From a virus (Duplodnaviria; Caudoviricetes): 64,000 nucleotides of DNA. The notes below the pieces were generated by a model. That model made no database searches and was not told the DNA's origin. It saw only the letters and a program-made list of their open reading frames with translations. A program made the translations under genes and the position numbers. Position 1 is the stretch's first letter; each line of letters starts with the position of its first letter. This document shows positions 1 through 10,612 of the stretch, piece after piece. The stretch covers positions 44,395-108,394 of IMG/VR virus record IMGVR_UViG_2599185230_000001; one strand, written 5' to 3'.

Positions 1-302
1 CACCATTGGTCTTGCAGAACCAGATAAAACCACCTCCCGTGAGTTAACGTTTCTTGTCTCTTTTTCTTCGGTTGCCCGAATCAGTAGTTTTCCTGGGTAA
101 ACCTTTATTGCCGCCAAAATGGCAAATCTCACAACTATCTACCCGCTTGGGACACTTAAATCTGCACTCGTTATTAATATCTAAAGTGCGAAACATACAT
201 CTGCATCCGGGGTATTGACCTAAAAACCCCACAAGCATCGCCATGGCCATACCCCCTCGTGTAATTTGATTAGTAACCAAATTTTCGGTGCAGTTTTTAC
301 TG

Positions 303-569
303 CTATATCGCCAAACCTCCAACAAAAAACCTAGCATCCATGCCGGCATAAGCCGGCCACCCATCAATTGTCTTAACCTCAATATCAGACTCGCTTAGAC
401 GCTGCCACTGGCCGTCATTACAAACTTCCAAAATTGCGCCTGGCGCGACCGGCATTAAATCGCCGCTATCCAGCTGAATAAAAACCCCGTCTTCAATTAC
501 CAAATTCCCAACCTGCCAACCGTCAAGAATATTAGCTGTTTTCCTGATGCTGTCTGCTAACAAAAACAC
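303..569 (-). CDS. Phage early hypothetical protein
   Basis: 88-aa ORF with upstream AAGGAAGG, divergent from the repressor. Confidence 0.55.
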   Translation of the reverse strand: MFLLADSIRKTANILDGWQVGNLVIEDGVFIQLDSGDLMPVAPGAILEVCNDGQWQRLSESDIEVKTIDGWPAYAGMDARFFVGGLAI

Positions 570-610
570 GTCATCGCCATCCTTCCTTTGGGAAATCCGA
601 TTTAGGAATC

Positions 611-815
611 ACCCACTTTTGTGGGTGCCTTGAAAATTTTTAATCACCTCCATAATTTTCTTTTTTTCGCACTGCCTACCTGATAGAATGTTGTTGTGGT
701 ATATGAATCTATCATTTCAATTATACCACACGCTTGTGGGGTGTCAATAAAAATCCCCACGATTATGGGGTTAAATACCCAACAACCAAGGGGTTTAATA
801 CCATACGTTTGTGGG
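611..815. promoter_or_regulatory. Four CCCAC-N4-GTGGG-like operators
   Basis: cccacttttgtggg (612-625), cacacgcttgtggg (727-740), cccacgattatggg (756-769), catacgtttgtggg (802-815), lying between divergent genes. Confidence 0.65.
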
Positions 816-1533
816 AAGGGGGAGAGCTGTGTCTGAAAAATTTGGGAAGCGACTTAAAAAGGCTCTTAAACAAGCCGGATACACCCAGGCTAAGGCCACA
901 GAAGAACTTGGACTTTCTAAAAATGCTATAACTAATTATGTATCTGGTAGAATTCCTGATACTTTAATACTTTACAAACTTGCTAATTTATGTAATGTAT
1001 CAATGGAATGGTTACTGTCCGGCAAAGAAACAAAAGCTGCTGGGAAAGCACATTTGGTTGAAGAAGCAGTTAGAAGATACGCGGTCGCCCAGCCTAAAAT
1101 AATCGAAGTACCGGCAGGTGTAACAGTCCGTTATGCCGGTGAAACAGTGATGATCACCGATAAAGCAATGATGCTGGAAGACATTCGTGAAGCACTGGAA
1201 AAGGGTGTTGATGGTACGGGTTACCCCGAACTTACTAAAGAGCTGACCCATCTGGAATACCGGGAAAAAGAACAACTGGTTATTGTAGTAATTAAAGGTA
1301 CTAAAAAGGGCCAGTTTATAACTAATAAGGAGGACGAAGAACTGCTGCCGTTATCGAGTGAAGAGCGGCAAATACTCTTAAAGTACCGATTGCTTGACGC
1401 CAGAGATCAGTGTGATATCAAAGAAATTATTGACATGAAATATGAAAGAATGGTTAAAAGGGGAAGATCATACGGCTCCGGGAGTGGAGGAATAGGAAGC
1501 GGGGAAGAGGCGGCTGCTAAAGAATACGCCTAA
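811..1533 (+). CDS. XRE/cI-type HTH repressor (true start probably GTG near 829)
   Basis: FGKRLKKALKQAGYTQAKATEELGLSKNAITNYVSGRIPD HTH_3 signature; C-terminal LSSEERQILLKYRLLD segment typical of Bacillota phage repressors. Confidence 0.85.
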   Translation: MGRGRAVSEKFGKRLKKALKQAGYTQAKATEELGLSKNAITNYVSGRIPDTLILYKLANLCNVSMEWLLSGKETKAAGKAHLVEEAVRRYAVAQPKIIEVPAGVTVRYAGETVMITDKAMMLEDIREALEKGVDGTGYPELTKELTHLEYREKEQLVIVVIKGTKKGQFITNKEDEELLPLSSEERQILLKYRLLDARDQCDIKEIIDMKYERMVKRGRSYGSGSGGIGSGEEAAAKEYA

Positions 1534-2152
1534 TTTTTTAACCCTAAATGATATATTTTTATATCTTTTTCAATTTTTCACATTAATATCGGAAGTAACT
1601 CGCTAAATGATGTCACTTTGCTACGGCCTTTTTTAAGCTGCTGAAGACTAGCCGAAACCAGCATGAATACTGCAATGTGACAGGTTTTTTTGAAAATCAC
1701 TAAAATGTCACTTTGCTTATAGCCTTTTGGGGCTATTTTTCTAGTGTTTTAATCACGTTTTATTCACGCCGTTAACGCGCATTCACGCGACGGCGTTTTT
1801 TTATAAACCCTGTAACCCCTGATTTTAAATGCTTTCAATTTCTCTTTAAGCTTTTCGCGTGATTCATTCACGGTCATTCACGCCAGCGTGATCACGCCCT
1901 GGCGGTTTTAATTGACCGGCACTCGTGGTAAACTAATGTAAGGGCAAACAAAAAAGCGCTTATCCCTAATGCAGCAAGGCTTCCAGCGCTTTTGCCTCTT
2001 TTTTTTAAAATTTACCTGACAATAAATGTATTCTCAAAATAATTGTTCGCCGTTTTTTAATAAATCCCACCTAATCCCTTGTCATCTCTGTGTTTCCCAC
2101 CCTTTCCCGGTTCATCTTTTCTAGTAAACCTATTGTCAGTTATTTTGTTAAT

Positions 2153-3010
2153 CTACACCCATGCCAACTTTTCCACCGCATGCTCCAAATCCTGAACCGA
2201 CGGCCTGGTATACCTGGCCGTTGTATTAAGATCAGCATGCCCCATTAACGCGGCCACCCTGTCCAGGCTTTCCCCGGTATCCACGAGCATTTTCCCAAAG
2301 GTGTGTCGCAGCATATGCGGAGTGACATCCACCCCTGCTAACCGTGCGTATTTTGTTAGTACATTCTCGGCAGACCTAGTTGTGATATGTGCACCCCGGC
2401 GACCGGGAAATAACCACCCCGATTTCGCTTCATTTACGTACACATCCAATATTCTGCGCACTGTTACGTTTAGCGGTACCTCCCGATATTTATCTCCTTT
2501 GCCCTGACGGATAATAACAAATCCGGAACGTTCACGAAGAGTTATGTCTTCAATTCGCAATGAAACAGCTTCAGATATTCGTAAACCGGTATGTAAAAGC
2601 AACATAATCAGTGCAGTATCCCTCTCCTTACCATATTTTTGAACTGCTCTGATTAAAGCTCCAAGTTCCCTCCGGTCAAGCCATCGTGGGGCATTTTTTT
2701 GCTCCTGTACCCTTTTGATACCCGTAGCCGGGTTGGTTTTAACTAAATCCACAATACATGCCCAGGTGAAAAAGCTATTAATTACATCCAGGGCATGATT
2801 GACCGTGGCCGGTTTTTTCTTCTGATTGATAAGGTTGTTGCGATAATTGGCTATATCCAGGGCAGTTACGGAACGGGGATCGAACCGGCCATAGGTTTGG
2901 GCCAACCACCCGGCAAACCGGTGTATCGTCTGCATATAAGAGCGCACGGTACGTTGGGATAGGCCCCGCCCCTGCAAGTTCGTTTTGAAATTACTTAAAA
3001 ATTTTTCCAC
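2153..3010 (-). CDS. Tyrosine recombinase, XerC/XerD-like
   Basis: HTGLRISE, GKGDKYR, PHMLRHTF, LMGHADLNTTARY catalytic motifs; N-terminal SAM-like domain. Confidence 0.92.
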   Translation of the reverse strand: MEKFLSNFKTNLQGRGLSQRTVRSYMQTIHRFAGWLAQTYGRFDPRSVTALDIANYRNNLINQKKKPATVNHALDVINSFFTWACIVDLVKTNPATGIKRVQEQKNAPRWLDRRELGALIRAVQKYGKERDTALIMLLLHTGLRISEAVSLRIEDITLRERSGFVIIRQGKGDKYREVPLNVTVRRILDVYVNEAKSGWLFPGRRGAHITTRSAENVLTKYARLAGVDVTPHMLRHTFGKMLVDTGESLDRVAALMGHADLNTTARYTRPSVQDLEHAVEKLAWV

Positions 3011-3089
3011 TTTTCACTCCTTTCCTTATTAACCGCATAAAGGTGATTGATCCTATAGGTGTTCCTCTTGAATTTGCATATCTGTTCTT

Positions 3090-5033
3090 TTAAACAGCCA
3101 TCTGTTCAAGTAATTGTGCCATAGTCGTTATATTAACGGCCGTTGTCATCTCGGGAATATTCGCCCTCACTAGCGCGGTAGCAACAGGGGGACATACGGC
3201 GTTACCACATCTAGCGACTTGGGCAGTCTTGCTGTACGCTTTGCCGAGATAGTCCCTGTCAATCATGTAATCCGGCGGAAAGCCTTGAGCGTTGTAAAGC
3301 TCGCGCGGAGTCAGCATCCGCATGCCGATATCCGCGATAAAATACGCAGTACCATTTATCCAGAGAAGGATTACTTCATCGTCGGCTAAAATATAGCTAC
3401 AGTATTTATTTAACAATGCACGTATCTTCGGCCAGTTTTTAAGATCTGCTCCTGGCATGGCTTTTACAAGAGTCGTATATACCGTCCCGAACTCACCGCC
3501 ACCAGCTGTTAATGTTTGCAATGGCTCATGCGGAATTTGCCCAATATTTGTTCCCTTGAATTTAATAATGTGTGAAGTAACAACAGCCGTATGACTGTTG
3601 CAGAGTTGGGTGTTTACCGGTTCTTCCACGCTTCGCGCAACACTCGCTTTGCCGTGGAATTCGGATAGCACTGCTGTTGTTAATGCCTCCCGATCTTTTG
3701 ACGTTATTGTGTGGCATGGGCTATCCATATCGTGACCATGCTTTTCAGTACCGAAATATTTAACTATCTGAGCAGCCGCCAACCCATAGCGGTTAGAACC
3801 ATCAATGGTCATAATAGGAATCGCAAGGTTTTGTCCTCTGACGTACTCCTGCTTTTTTTCGCTGTGATACTGGATCAGGGAGGGCATTATAAGCATTTGA
3901 CTTCCGGAACTGGTTACCGTGTTCATCGGCACCCTCATGTCTGTTCCACTCGCGTTCTCATGATTATGCATGTAGAAGGGGGTTATCACCGGCGCTGCTA
4001 CTCCGTATCCATGCTTTGCCGTAACAGTCTGCATAACGTCGTCAATGCTGCCGCCCCTAAATCCACCCGAATGATTTGTAATTACAATAAAAGGTTTACC
4101 ACTCCTGATCGTGAATTTATCCACACCACGCGCCACCCGCTTTAGTGTGTTATCCGCCAAGGGACGGACGGCATTGACACCGTACTGCTCCTTAATCTCT
4201 GCCTTGCTGGCGAAAATAGACGGGCAAGGGATTGACCAGTTAATGATCTCGGCGGCGCTGCGCCATTTTGGCAGGCTGTTTTTTCCGTCCCGCGAGTGTG
4301 TTGGTTTCGGCTTAACAATCGGTTGCCCGTCGCACCGAAACACACCGAAATATCGCTTGCGGATTGTAGGCGCTCCATAGTCCGCTGCTACAAGTTCCCA
4401 GCCGTCGTAATCGTAGCCAAGCCCCCTGATAAGGCGCTGTGCGTCTGGACTGAACGGCGCGATGTGCAGGAACTCGCAAGCTTCCATCAGCGCAGGGTGA
4501 TCAGGCTCAATACCGGTCGTCAACATACCAATGAATGCCTTGAAAGTCTCTCCAACGTGATCCGGATCGGGATACCACTTACCATCCGACCGCTGGATCA
4601 GCGGTCCCCAGGTCTGGATCTCCTCGACGTTCTCCATGAACATAACACGAGGCCGAACGGCAAGTGCCCACCGAAGGATAACCCATGACAGGCCGCGAAT
4701 TTTCTTTTCGACCGGTTTTCCACCCTTCGCCTTGGAAAAATGTCGGCAGTCCGGGGAGAACCAAGCAATGCCGACCGGCCGACCGGCGCACACCTTAACT
4801 GGATCGACGTCAAATACGTCCTCCTGCAGGTGCTGTGTATAGGGATGATTTGTACGGTGCATTCTAATCGCGTCTGGATCGTGGTTGACGGCGATCGTCA
4901 CCGGCGCGCCGGTCGCTATTGATATACCCGTGTCGGCTCCGCCTCCACCAGCAAAGTTTACGACGGTAATCTCATCAAAAAGGATCTCCTGTGCTTTCAA
5001 GCACGTATTTATCATCATCTCGTCCTCCAGCAT
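3090..5033 (-). CDS. C5-cytosine DNA methyltransferase, phage type
   Basis: NFAGGGG (motif I), SPDC (motif IV), ENV (motif VI), RMLTPRELYNAQGFP and GNAVCP motifs. Confidence 0.92.
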   Translation of the reverse strand: MLEDEMMINTCLKAQEILFDEITVVNFAGGGGADTGISIATGAPVTIAVNHDPDAIRMHRTNHPYTQHLQEDVFDVDPVKVCAGRPVGIAWFSPDCRHFSKAKGGKPVEKKIRGLSWVILRWALAVRPRVMFMENVEEIQTWGPLIQRSDGKWYPDPDHVGETFKAFIGMLTTGIEPDHPALMEACEFLHIAPFSPDAQRLIRGLGYDYDGWELVAADYGAPTIRKRYFGVFRCDGQPIVKPKPTHSRDGKNSLPKWRSAAEIINWSIPCPSIFASKAEIKEQYGVNAVRPLADNTLKRVARGVDKFTIRSGKPFIVITNHSGGFRGGSIDDVMQTVTAKHGYGVAAPVITPFYMHNHENASGTDMRVPMNTVTSSGSQMLIMPSLIQYHSEKKQEYVRGQNLAIPIMTIDGSNRYGLAAAQIVKYFGTEKHGHDMDSPCHTITSKDREALTTAVLSEFHGKASVARSVEEPVNTQLCNSHTAVVTSHIIKFKGTNIGQIPHEPLQTLTAGGGEFGTVYTTLVKAMPGADLKNWPKIRALLNKYCSYILADDEVILLWINGTAYFIADIGMRMLTPRELYNAQGFPPDYMIDRDYLGKAYSKTAQVARCGNAVCPPVATALVRANIPEMTTAVNITTMAQLLEQMAV

Positions 5034-5086
5034 ATTTTTTAAACGCGCATTAATTTCTATTAATTTCTTTGTGGTTTTCTTATGCG

Positions 5087-5120
5087 AAGTAAAAAACCCC
5101 CGTTAAACAGGGGGTTTTTA
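5087..5120. terminator. Intrinsic terminator-like hairpin
   Basis: aaaaaacccccg-ttaaa-cagggggtttt. Confidence 0.5.
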
Positions 5121-5374
5121 CAACTTATCCGAAGTTTTTAGCCTTATTTCTTCGTATAAGACCTCTTATTCAAATTTTTTGTTTTAGTGACTTTTTCCGA
5201 CAAACTTTAATACTAGATTTGTGATAAAATTAAGGAAAGTTTTTATCAATGCAATATTTATCCAATTTTTTATATTTGTTCTAGGAACTAATACTACCCT
5301 ATTATATAAGACATCTCTTTTTTAATTATTTATAATTAAATCTTTAGTAATTTATTAGAATTAGTGGGGTAAAT

Positions 5375-6052
5375 ATGACATACATATTCAAGGTAATTTC
5401 AAGGAAATACTATCCATTCATGATAATTACATGGCTTGTTGCTGGCTTCATAACAATGTCCATTTCACAACCTCTTATTGGCCACAACATAAACAATATT
5501 TTAGAACAATTTACTCCCTTCAATATTCGAGTTATTCCTTTTGCCTATTTTTTACTTACAATTATAATGTCGTTTATCTCCTTAAATTACGGTCAAGAAA
5601 TAAACGAGACTATTATTAAAAAACTAATACTATATCGTTTACAGATTAGAGAGAGTGATCACCTATCATCGGAATATTATGAAGATCTACTATCGTATTG
5701 GAAGCATTACACAAAACAATTTCAAATGCAGGTTATAAATAACAATGAATTATCTGCAGAGCTATTAGATTTTGAAATTAAAAATCATATTTTAAAAACT
5801 TCAACTCTATGGAATTTTGCTAGGGCGTTTTTCTCTATCATTAGTCACATTTCCGTTTATTTATTATCTTTTTTAATTTTAATAGACATAAACTGGATTT
5901 TGATTTGTTGCTTTTCACTAATAACACCACTGCTACTATATATACATTTTTACTTTTCCGGTTTCTTTTCTCGGCAAAAAGTCGAAACAAGTTCATTCAT
6001 AATTAAACTCATAAGTCCTTGGGAGTTTCATGATACCATTAATACTTACTAA
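5375..6052 (+). CDS. AT-rich multi-pass membrane protein (cargo)
   Basis: 225-aa ORF with about four hydrophobic segments, very low GC. Confidence 0.6.
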   Translation: MTYIFKVISRKYYPFMIITWLVAGFITMSISQPLIGHNINNILEQFTPFNIRVIPFAYFLLTIIMSFISLNYGQEINETIIKKLILYRLQIRESDHLSSEYYEDLLSYWKHYTKQFQMQVINNNELSAELLDFEIKNHILKTSTLWNFARAFFSIISHISVYLLSFLILIDINWILICCFSLITPLLLYIHFYFSGFFSRQKVETSSFIIKLISPWEFHDTINTY

Positions 6053-6470
6053 AACTGAATAAAAAGCAAAAATATATAGAAGAATTACCAAACTTATAAT
6101 AAATGCAAACATTTTATTTCCATCCACGAACTATACCTCCTAAATTTCTTGCCAGTTCATAATCACTCTATCGGCACACTTTGTACAGTCTCCTATTTGC
6201 CCACCGAGCAAAGCGTTCAAGATAGGAAGCAGCATCTTTATAAAGAATTACAAATTATTAAATCAGAGTCTGATGCCCTAACCTCTATAAACGGTAGCAC
6301 GAACCGTACCCGGTTTAAGTTTCTGGTTCCGAAGCACTGTTTTGCTGACCAGATTCTTCGGAACATCGCTCCAACTTCTATAGTGTGGAAGATTTGGCAC
6401 GTCGACCATCCCTTTTATAATATCTTTTTATATCCTTGACACCGCCGCACTATAATGAACATAGCGTTAT

Positions 6471-6659
6471 TTATTTACTGCTTGCCTTTCCTCCTGGTAC
6501 CAAGCGATTTGGGTACCAAGTGATTTGTTCCTTATAGAAAGCCACAATATGCTCATCGAGTTCCTGGCTAGCGCTCACGACTTCGGAGCTTACTAAAGAA
6601 CCTTTAGTAGCGTATAATTTTAGCCGTGCACTCTCAATTTTCTGGTCAATATTTTCCAA
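6471..6659 (-). CDS. Spo0E-family aspartyl-phosphate phosphatase
   Basis: KIESARLKL...EVVSASQELDEHIVAFYK with the SQELD signature; GGAGGTG RBS before TTG at 6659. Confidence 0.8.
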   Translation of the reverse strand: MENIDQKIESARLKLYATKGSLVSSEVVSASQELDEHIVAFYKEQITWYPNRLVPGGKASSK

Positions 6660-7169
6660 ATAAGACACCTCCCTATAACAAAAATAGCCACAAACCTTCG
6701 AAAAGGTTGGTGGCATCCAATTTTTAACAACCACTTTTATTACGCTGTATTACGCCGCCCCTTCCGGGGCCTGGCTAAAACATTCGCATGTACCTTCTTC
6801 TTCTTCTGCCGGCTTGAGTGCCCTGGGTCTTAGCCTGCGGATGAGAATTCATTCTTCAATTTCACTTTGCTGGTAACTACATGCTTCAGGTGCTATGATT
6901 TTTAATTAGGGACGTTAACAATTATACTTTATTTTTTTGAGCAACGTTGACCCAAATTTATTTTTTATCATTCGAAAGTTGAAACCGGTGTAGATTTATT
7001 TATACACGTTGTTTATGGAATAGTTTCTGCTTATTTTGGTAAAAAATAAACTAATTTCAGATAAGGTAAACAGTATAATTATTTAGATTAGATGTAGTTT
7101 TTTTATCATTTTTTTATTACTATTAAAGTTAATGCTACCATGCCTTAACAGCCGGGGGGATAACCAACT

Positions 7170-7622
7170 TTGGATAAAAAAAAGCTGGTCCATAAGCTTA
7201 AGGAGTTTTCAGCATTGGAAGCTTATCAGGTAAAACTTTACCAATCTCAAATACAAGCACTTGAAGATCCACATATCAAGCATGTATATGAAAGATTTGT
7301 TGTTCGGGAAAAAGAACACCGAGACTTTATAACACAACAGCTTGAAAACCTTGGCGTAGGTATCAATTTGGCGGGTCCGTCTTTTACGCTTGCCGGTATT
7401 GTTTCTGGAAAGACACTAGACCTCTTGAGCCTTAAAGATCGGTATAAGCTCGGTATAGCAGTCGAACATAAAGCCGTCCAGATGTATCATGAGTTTATTG
7501 AAATGACACGCCATGATCCCGAATTGTCAGAGTTAAATAAGAAACTGGCATATTTTATGGTTGATGAAGAGCAACACGAATTCTGGTTTAAGGAACATCT
7601 TACAAGATTGGAACATGTATAA
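7170..7622 (+). CDS. Ferritin-like/rubrerythrin-type diiron domain protein
   Basis: Paired E..Y and ExxH motifs (EAYQVKLY/EKEH; EHKAVQMY/EEQH). Confidence 0.75.
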   Translation: MDKKKLVHKLKEFSALEAYQVKLYQSQIQALEDPHIKHVYERFVVREKEHRDFITQQLENLGVGINLAGPSFTLAGIVSGKTLDLLSLKDRYKLGIAVEHKAVQMYHEFIEMTRHDPELSELNKKLAYFMVDEEQHEFWFKEHLTRLEHV

Positions 7623-7861
7623 ACTACTTGTTTAAGAAGATTATAAATTATTAACGACAAATCTTTTTAAAATCAAAAAAGCTAATAAATCTATTTTAAA
7701 GATAATATTCTCTGAATCTATTGAGCCATAACCGTCGCCTCCGTGCTTAACCCTTTTTTAAATGCTTCTTTGAGCACATCCCATAATGTAAACATAAAAA
7801 CACTCCAAAAGAACCAATAAGATATAACCCCTCATAAAAAAAAACCGGCGTTAACCGGTTC

Positions 7862-8026
7862 TCAAGTTTGTTTAGAAATTTTAACATCCAAATATACTCG
7901 TACATACTCAGAATTTCTATTTTGATACTGGGTCGATTCAGATAGAATGCGATAACCTTTCTCACGAAGGCTCAGGATCATTCTTTCCACTTCTGCAGGG
8001 AGACCCTGAAGACGGATTTTTACCAT
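7862..8026 (-). CDS. DUF3970-like small phage protein
   Basis: MVKIRLQGLPAEVE...ILSESTQYQNRNSEYVRVYLD; GAGGAG RBS. Confidence 0.7.
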   Translation of the reverse strand: MVKIRLQGLPAEVERMILSLREKGYRILSESTQYQNRNSEYVRVYLDVKISKQT

Positions 8027-8066
8027 TTCAAAAACTCCTCTATTTTCATTTAAAAAGTTAATAAAA

Positions 8067-8546
8067 CTATTGTCCATTAACAGCCTGCATAATTGCCCGG
8101 AGACCAGCATCCTGTAAGCCGCCGCCTTTGCCGCGCTTTCCTCCGCCAATCGAAACAGGTTCTTTTGCATATGTAACTTCCACGTTATATTCACGTAATT
8201 TGTTCTTCTGGCGGTTACGCCTTTGTCGGCGCTGGCATTTGCGCTTATTCAACCAACCTTCTATACCGCCAATTTCATATAACCTACTGTAACTCATGTC
8301 AAGTACGTGAGCTAAAGCCCTTACTCCATCATGCCCACAGTTTTTCATCATGAATCTAACCATAATGGTTCTCATTTCAGGCTCAAATTTCCATGCTGTT
8401 TGAATTTCAGATTTAGTACCTAATATCTCAGTCAATACCATCCCTCCCGTATAATGCCTTTTTACTACGCACTCTCCAAGGGGCCGGCATGACAATCCGA
8501 CCCCGTACGACAGCGCATAATAACGCTGTTTTTTATGAATAAACAT
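8067..8546 (-). CDS. Phage hypothetical protein (start probably the internal ATG after GGAGG near 8441)
   Basis: ORF track; basic C-terminal half. Confidence 0.45.
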   Translation of the reverse strand: MFIHKKQRYYALSYGVGLSCRPLGECVVKRHYTGGMVLTEILGTKSEIQTAWKFEPEMRTIMVRFMMKNCGHDGVRALAHVLDMSYSRLYEIGGIEGWLNKRKCQRRQRRNRQKNKLREYNVEVTYAKEPVSIGGGKRGKGGGLQDAGLRAIMQAVNGQ

Positions 8547-9121
8547 GATTGCGCTATAACAGCGGCGATATCCTTTGACCCTTTACGGGGAGCTCGTCAA
8601 GCCCCGTTGCCGATATACGGTGGGGGAGCTCTTAGCATCTATGCGCCTGGTTATTAATTCACGTGGTATTTGATAACACATAATTTAGATCCGCATAAAT
8701 TTATCTATTCTCAAACCTCCGCGAAAAATAAACCATTTGCTTCGCCGTTCATTCCCGGCTCTCTTTGCCGATATCTGCCAAAACTATTATTATCAATCAT
8801 CTTCCCGCCAGGCAACGGTTTTTCAACCAGTAACGTGACGGGGTTCTAATGCAATTGTCAGGGATCAAACCGGCTTGCGGCCACCGGTAAACTGCTCCCG
8901 GTTACCGGATGGGAGCTTCCTGTTTTTATTTATGTAAATTACACATGATGTTTACAGGCATAACATCGGACGGTTCACGCCCTACTGCCGATTTTGACGG
9001 CACGCCTTCGGGCAGTTTGTCGCTGCCCGGGGGCCTACTGTCAAGATAGGCTATTAATTTCCTCCCCCCTACCCCCCCCGCCAAGCATCAATAGACTATA
9101 CCGCATTTGATAAATTCAATA

Positions 9122-9666
9122 CTAATTCCCTGAGATCATGGAACGCTTTTTCCAACCTGCTACTGTAACCGGGTTCACTTCCAGTTCACTTGCTACTTGC
9201 CTTAGTGATTTCCCCTCCGCCCGCATTTCCAATGCCTTTTCCCTGATTTCTTCCCTGGCTTCTTCACGCTGTGCCTCCAGGTCTGATACCCAGTTTTGCA
9301 CCGTCTGCCGGGTCACTCCCATAACATTCGCTATCTCTCTGTCACCGGCCTGGTCCCGTACCACCGCCTGACCAGTTCTCTCATCTCACCCCTAGTTAGT
9401 GGTTTGCCGTGATGCAGGTTCAATTCTACTGCCCGGGCAGCTGGGTCATCCGGATTTTCAATTATAACTTCTACGTCATCCGTACCTATTTGTATGCATG
9501 CTTCAAAACGGTGCCGTCCATCCAGGAGTCGGTTATCCCGGGTTATCACTATTGGCGGAAATTTTGCGCCAGCAGCCATGGCCTCGCGGTAGCGCTCGAC
9601 TGTATCCGGATCGAAATTCGTTCTCGGGTATATGGTTTCGTCGATGGCGATATTATTTATTTTCAT
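9122..9666 (-). pseudogene. ParB/Srx-N domain plus two HTH domains, frameshifted
   Basis: FPPIVI..LLDGRHR ParB-N motif in 9331-9666; removing one extra GA from the GAGAGA run near 9334-9340 joins it to the HTH frame (VTEIANVMGVTRQTVQNW). Confidence 0.75.
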
Positions 9667-9706
9667 ATGTATTCACTTCGCAATATAGGAAAATTAATGG
9701 CATCTT

Positions 9707-9949
9707 TTAGATAGGTGCTTGCTCTACACGAGAGTTAACCTCATGATCTTTCTTATCCCTGGTATTATTTAAAAGGGAAATATCACGAATAACAGCCTCT
9801 GCAATTAGTCGCTTCATCATCTGGTAACCCTGGTTTATGGCCAACTGATCTCGATCCTTAGGGGGTACTTGATAAGTTTTGATTTTTATTGATTCGCAAC
9901 GCGATTTACGTGCCACAGGGCACCTCTCCTTATTGCGCATTTTAAACAA
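9707..9949 (-). CDS. Hypothetical early protein
   Basis: 80-aa ORF within the early operon. Confidence 0.45.
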   Translation of the reverse strand: MFKMRNKERCPVARKSRCESIKIKTYQVPPKDRDQLAINQGYQMMKRLIAEAVIRDISLLNNTRDKKDHEVNSRVEQAPI

Positions 9950-10059
9950 ACATTTACCCCGGGTCCGACACGCATTTACATTAATTTTTAGGTCGCCGTG
10001 GTAAGATATAATTACGCTTGTGATTCTTAAAAAGCTGGATATTTTACTTAGCTACTAAA

Positions 10060-10266
10060 CTAATCAATTGATTTGTTGATTTGCTTCATTATTATGGCCC
10101 TGGCTAATCGACCTGCCCAAGGTACCGCACAATCGTCTCCTATCCACCAGCGGCACCTGCTTTGTTTACATGGCTGGTCTATTGGCATTAACCCAGCAGT
10201 GTTATCTTTAAGGTAAGCAGTTAATACCGGACAAATTTTGGCATGGCGATCTTTTTTAGGTTCCAT
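10060..10266 (-). CDS. Small Cys-rich phage protein
   Basis: CP...C...C.WW...CAV pattern; AAGGAG RBS. Confidence 0.6.
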   Translation of the reverse strand: MEPKKDRHAKICPVLTAYLKDNTAGLMPIDQPCKQSRCRWWIGDDCAVPWAGRLARAIIMKQINKSID

Positions 10267-10283
10267 TGTTAAGCTCCTTTTAG

Positions 10284-10499
10284 TTAACTGGCTTGCTCTT
10301 CGAGAAGGTCGGTAAGCTTTACACCAAGAGTAGCTGCCAGTTTCACCGCTTCATTTATATCAGGCAATAGTTTACCAGTTTCCCAATCCGAAATAGTTGT
10401 TTGTGGCTTGTTAACTAACCGGCCTAATTCCAGTTGCGACAGCTTCTGTTTTTTACGAAAGTATCTGAGCTGAGCTCCAAACACTTCATCCACCTCCAT
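10284..10499 (-). CDS. Cro-like XRE HTH (switch 1)
   Basis: LSQLELGRLVNKPQTTISDWETGKLLP. Confidence 0.88.
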   Translation of the reverse strand: MEVDEVFGAQLRYFRKKQKLSQLELGRLVNKPQTTISDWETGKLLPDINEAVKLAATLGVKLTDLLEEQAS

Positions 10500-10510
10500 T
10501 TAACATGTTA

Positions 10511-10596
10511 AACGATATTTCGTTATAGTCAACGAAAAACCGTTAACTGCACCTAAAAAAACTAATGTAAAATAGTTTAAATAACGATATTCCGTT
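10511..10596. promoter_or_regulatory. Three AACG-N6-CGTT operators of switch 1
   Basis: 10511-10524, 10531-10544, 10583-10596, between divergent HTH genes. Confidence 0.75.
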
Positions 10597-10612
10597 AAAA
10601 GGAAAATTTGCC

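Larger units (their letters stand above)
1..2157. mobile_element. Repressor (c) end of a probable Mu-like transposable prophage, continuing beyond the left edge
   Basis: HTH repressor divergent from small early ORFs, four repeated operators, a long repeat-rich non-coding tract, and a terminus reading TGTAGATTAACAAAATAACTGACAA on the minus strand (ends ...ACA at 2157). No transposase is visible in the window, so the class is inferred. Confidence 0.55.

Noticed and set aside
6149-6439. 96-aa plus-strand ORF
   Set aside because: The minus strand carries a more plausible decayed phage gene (MPNLPHYRSWSDVPKNLVSKT..., early stop); neither is supportable as a functional CDS.
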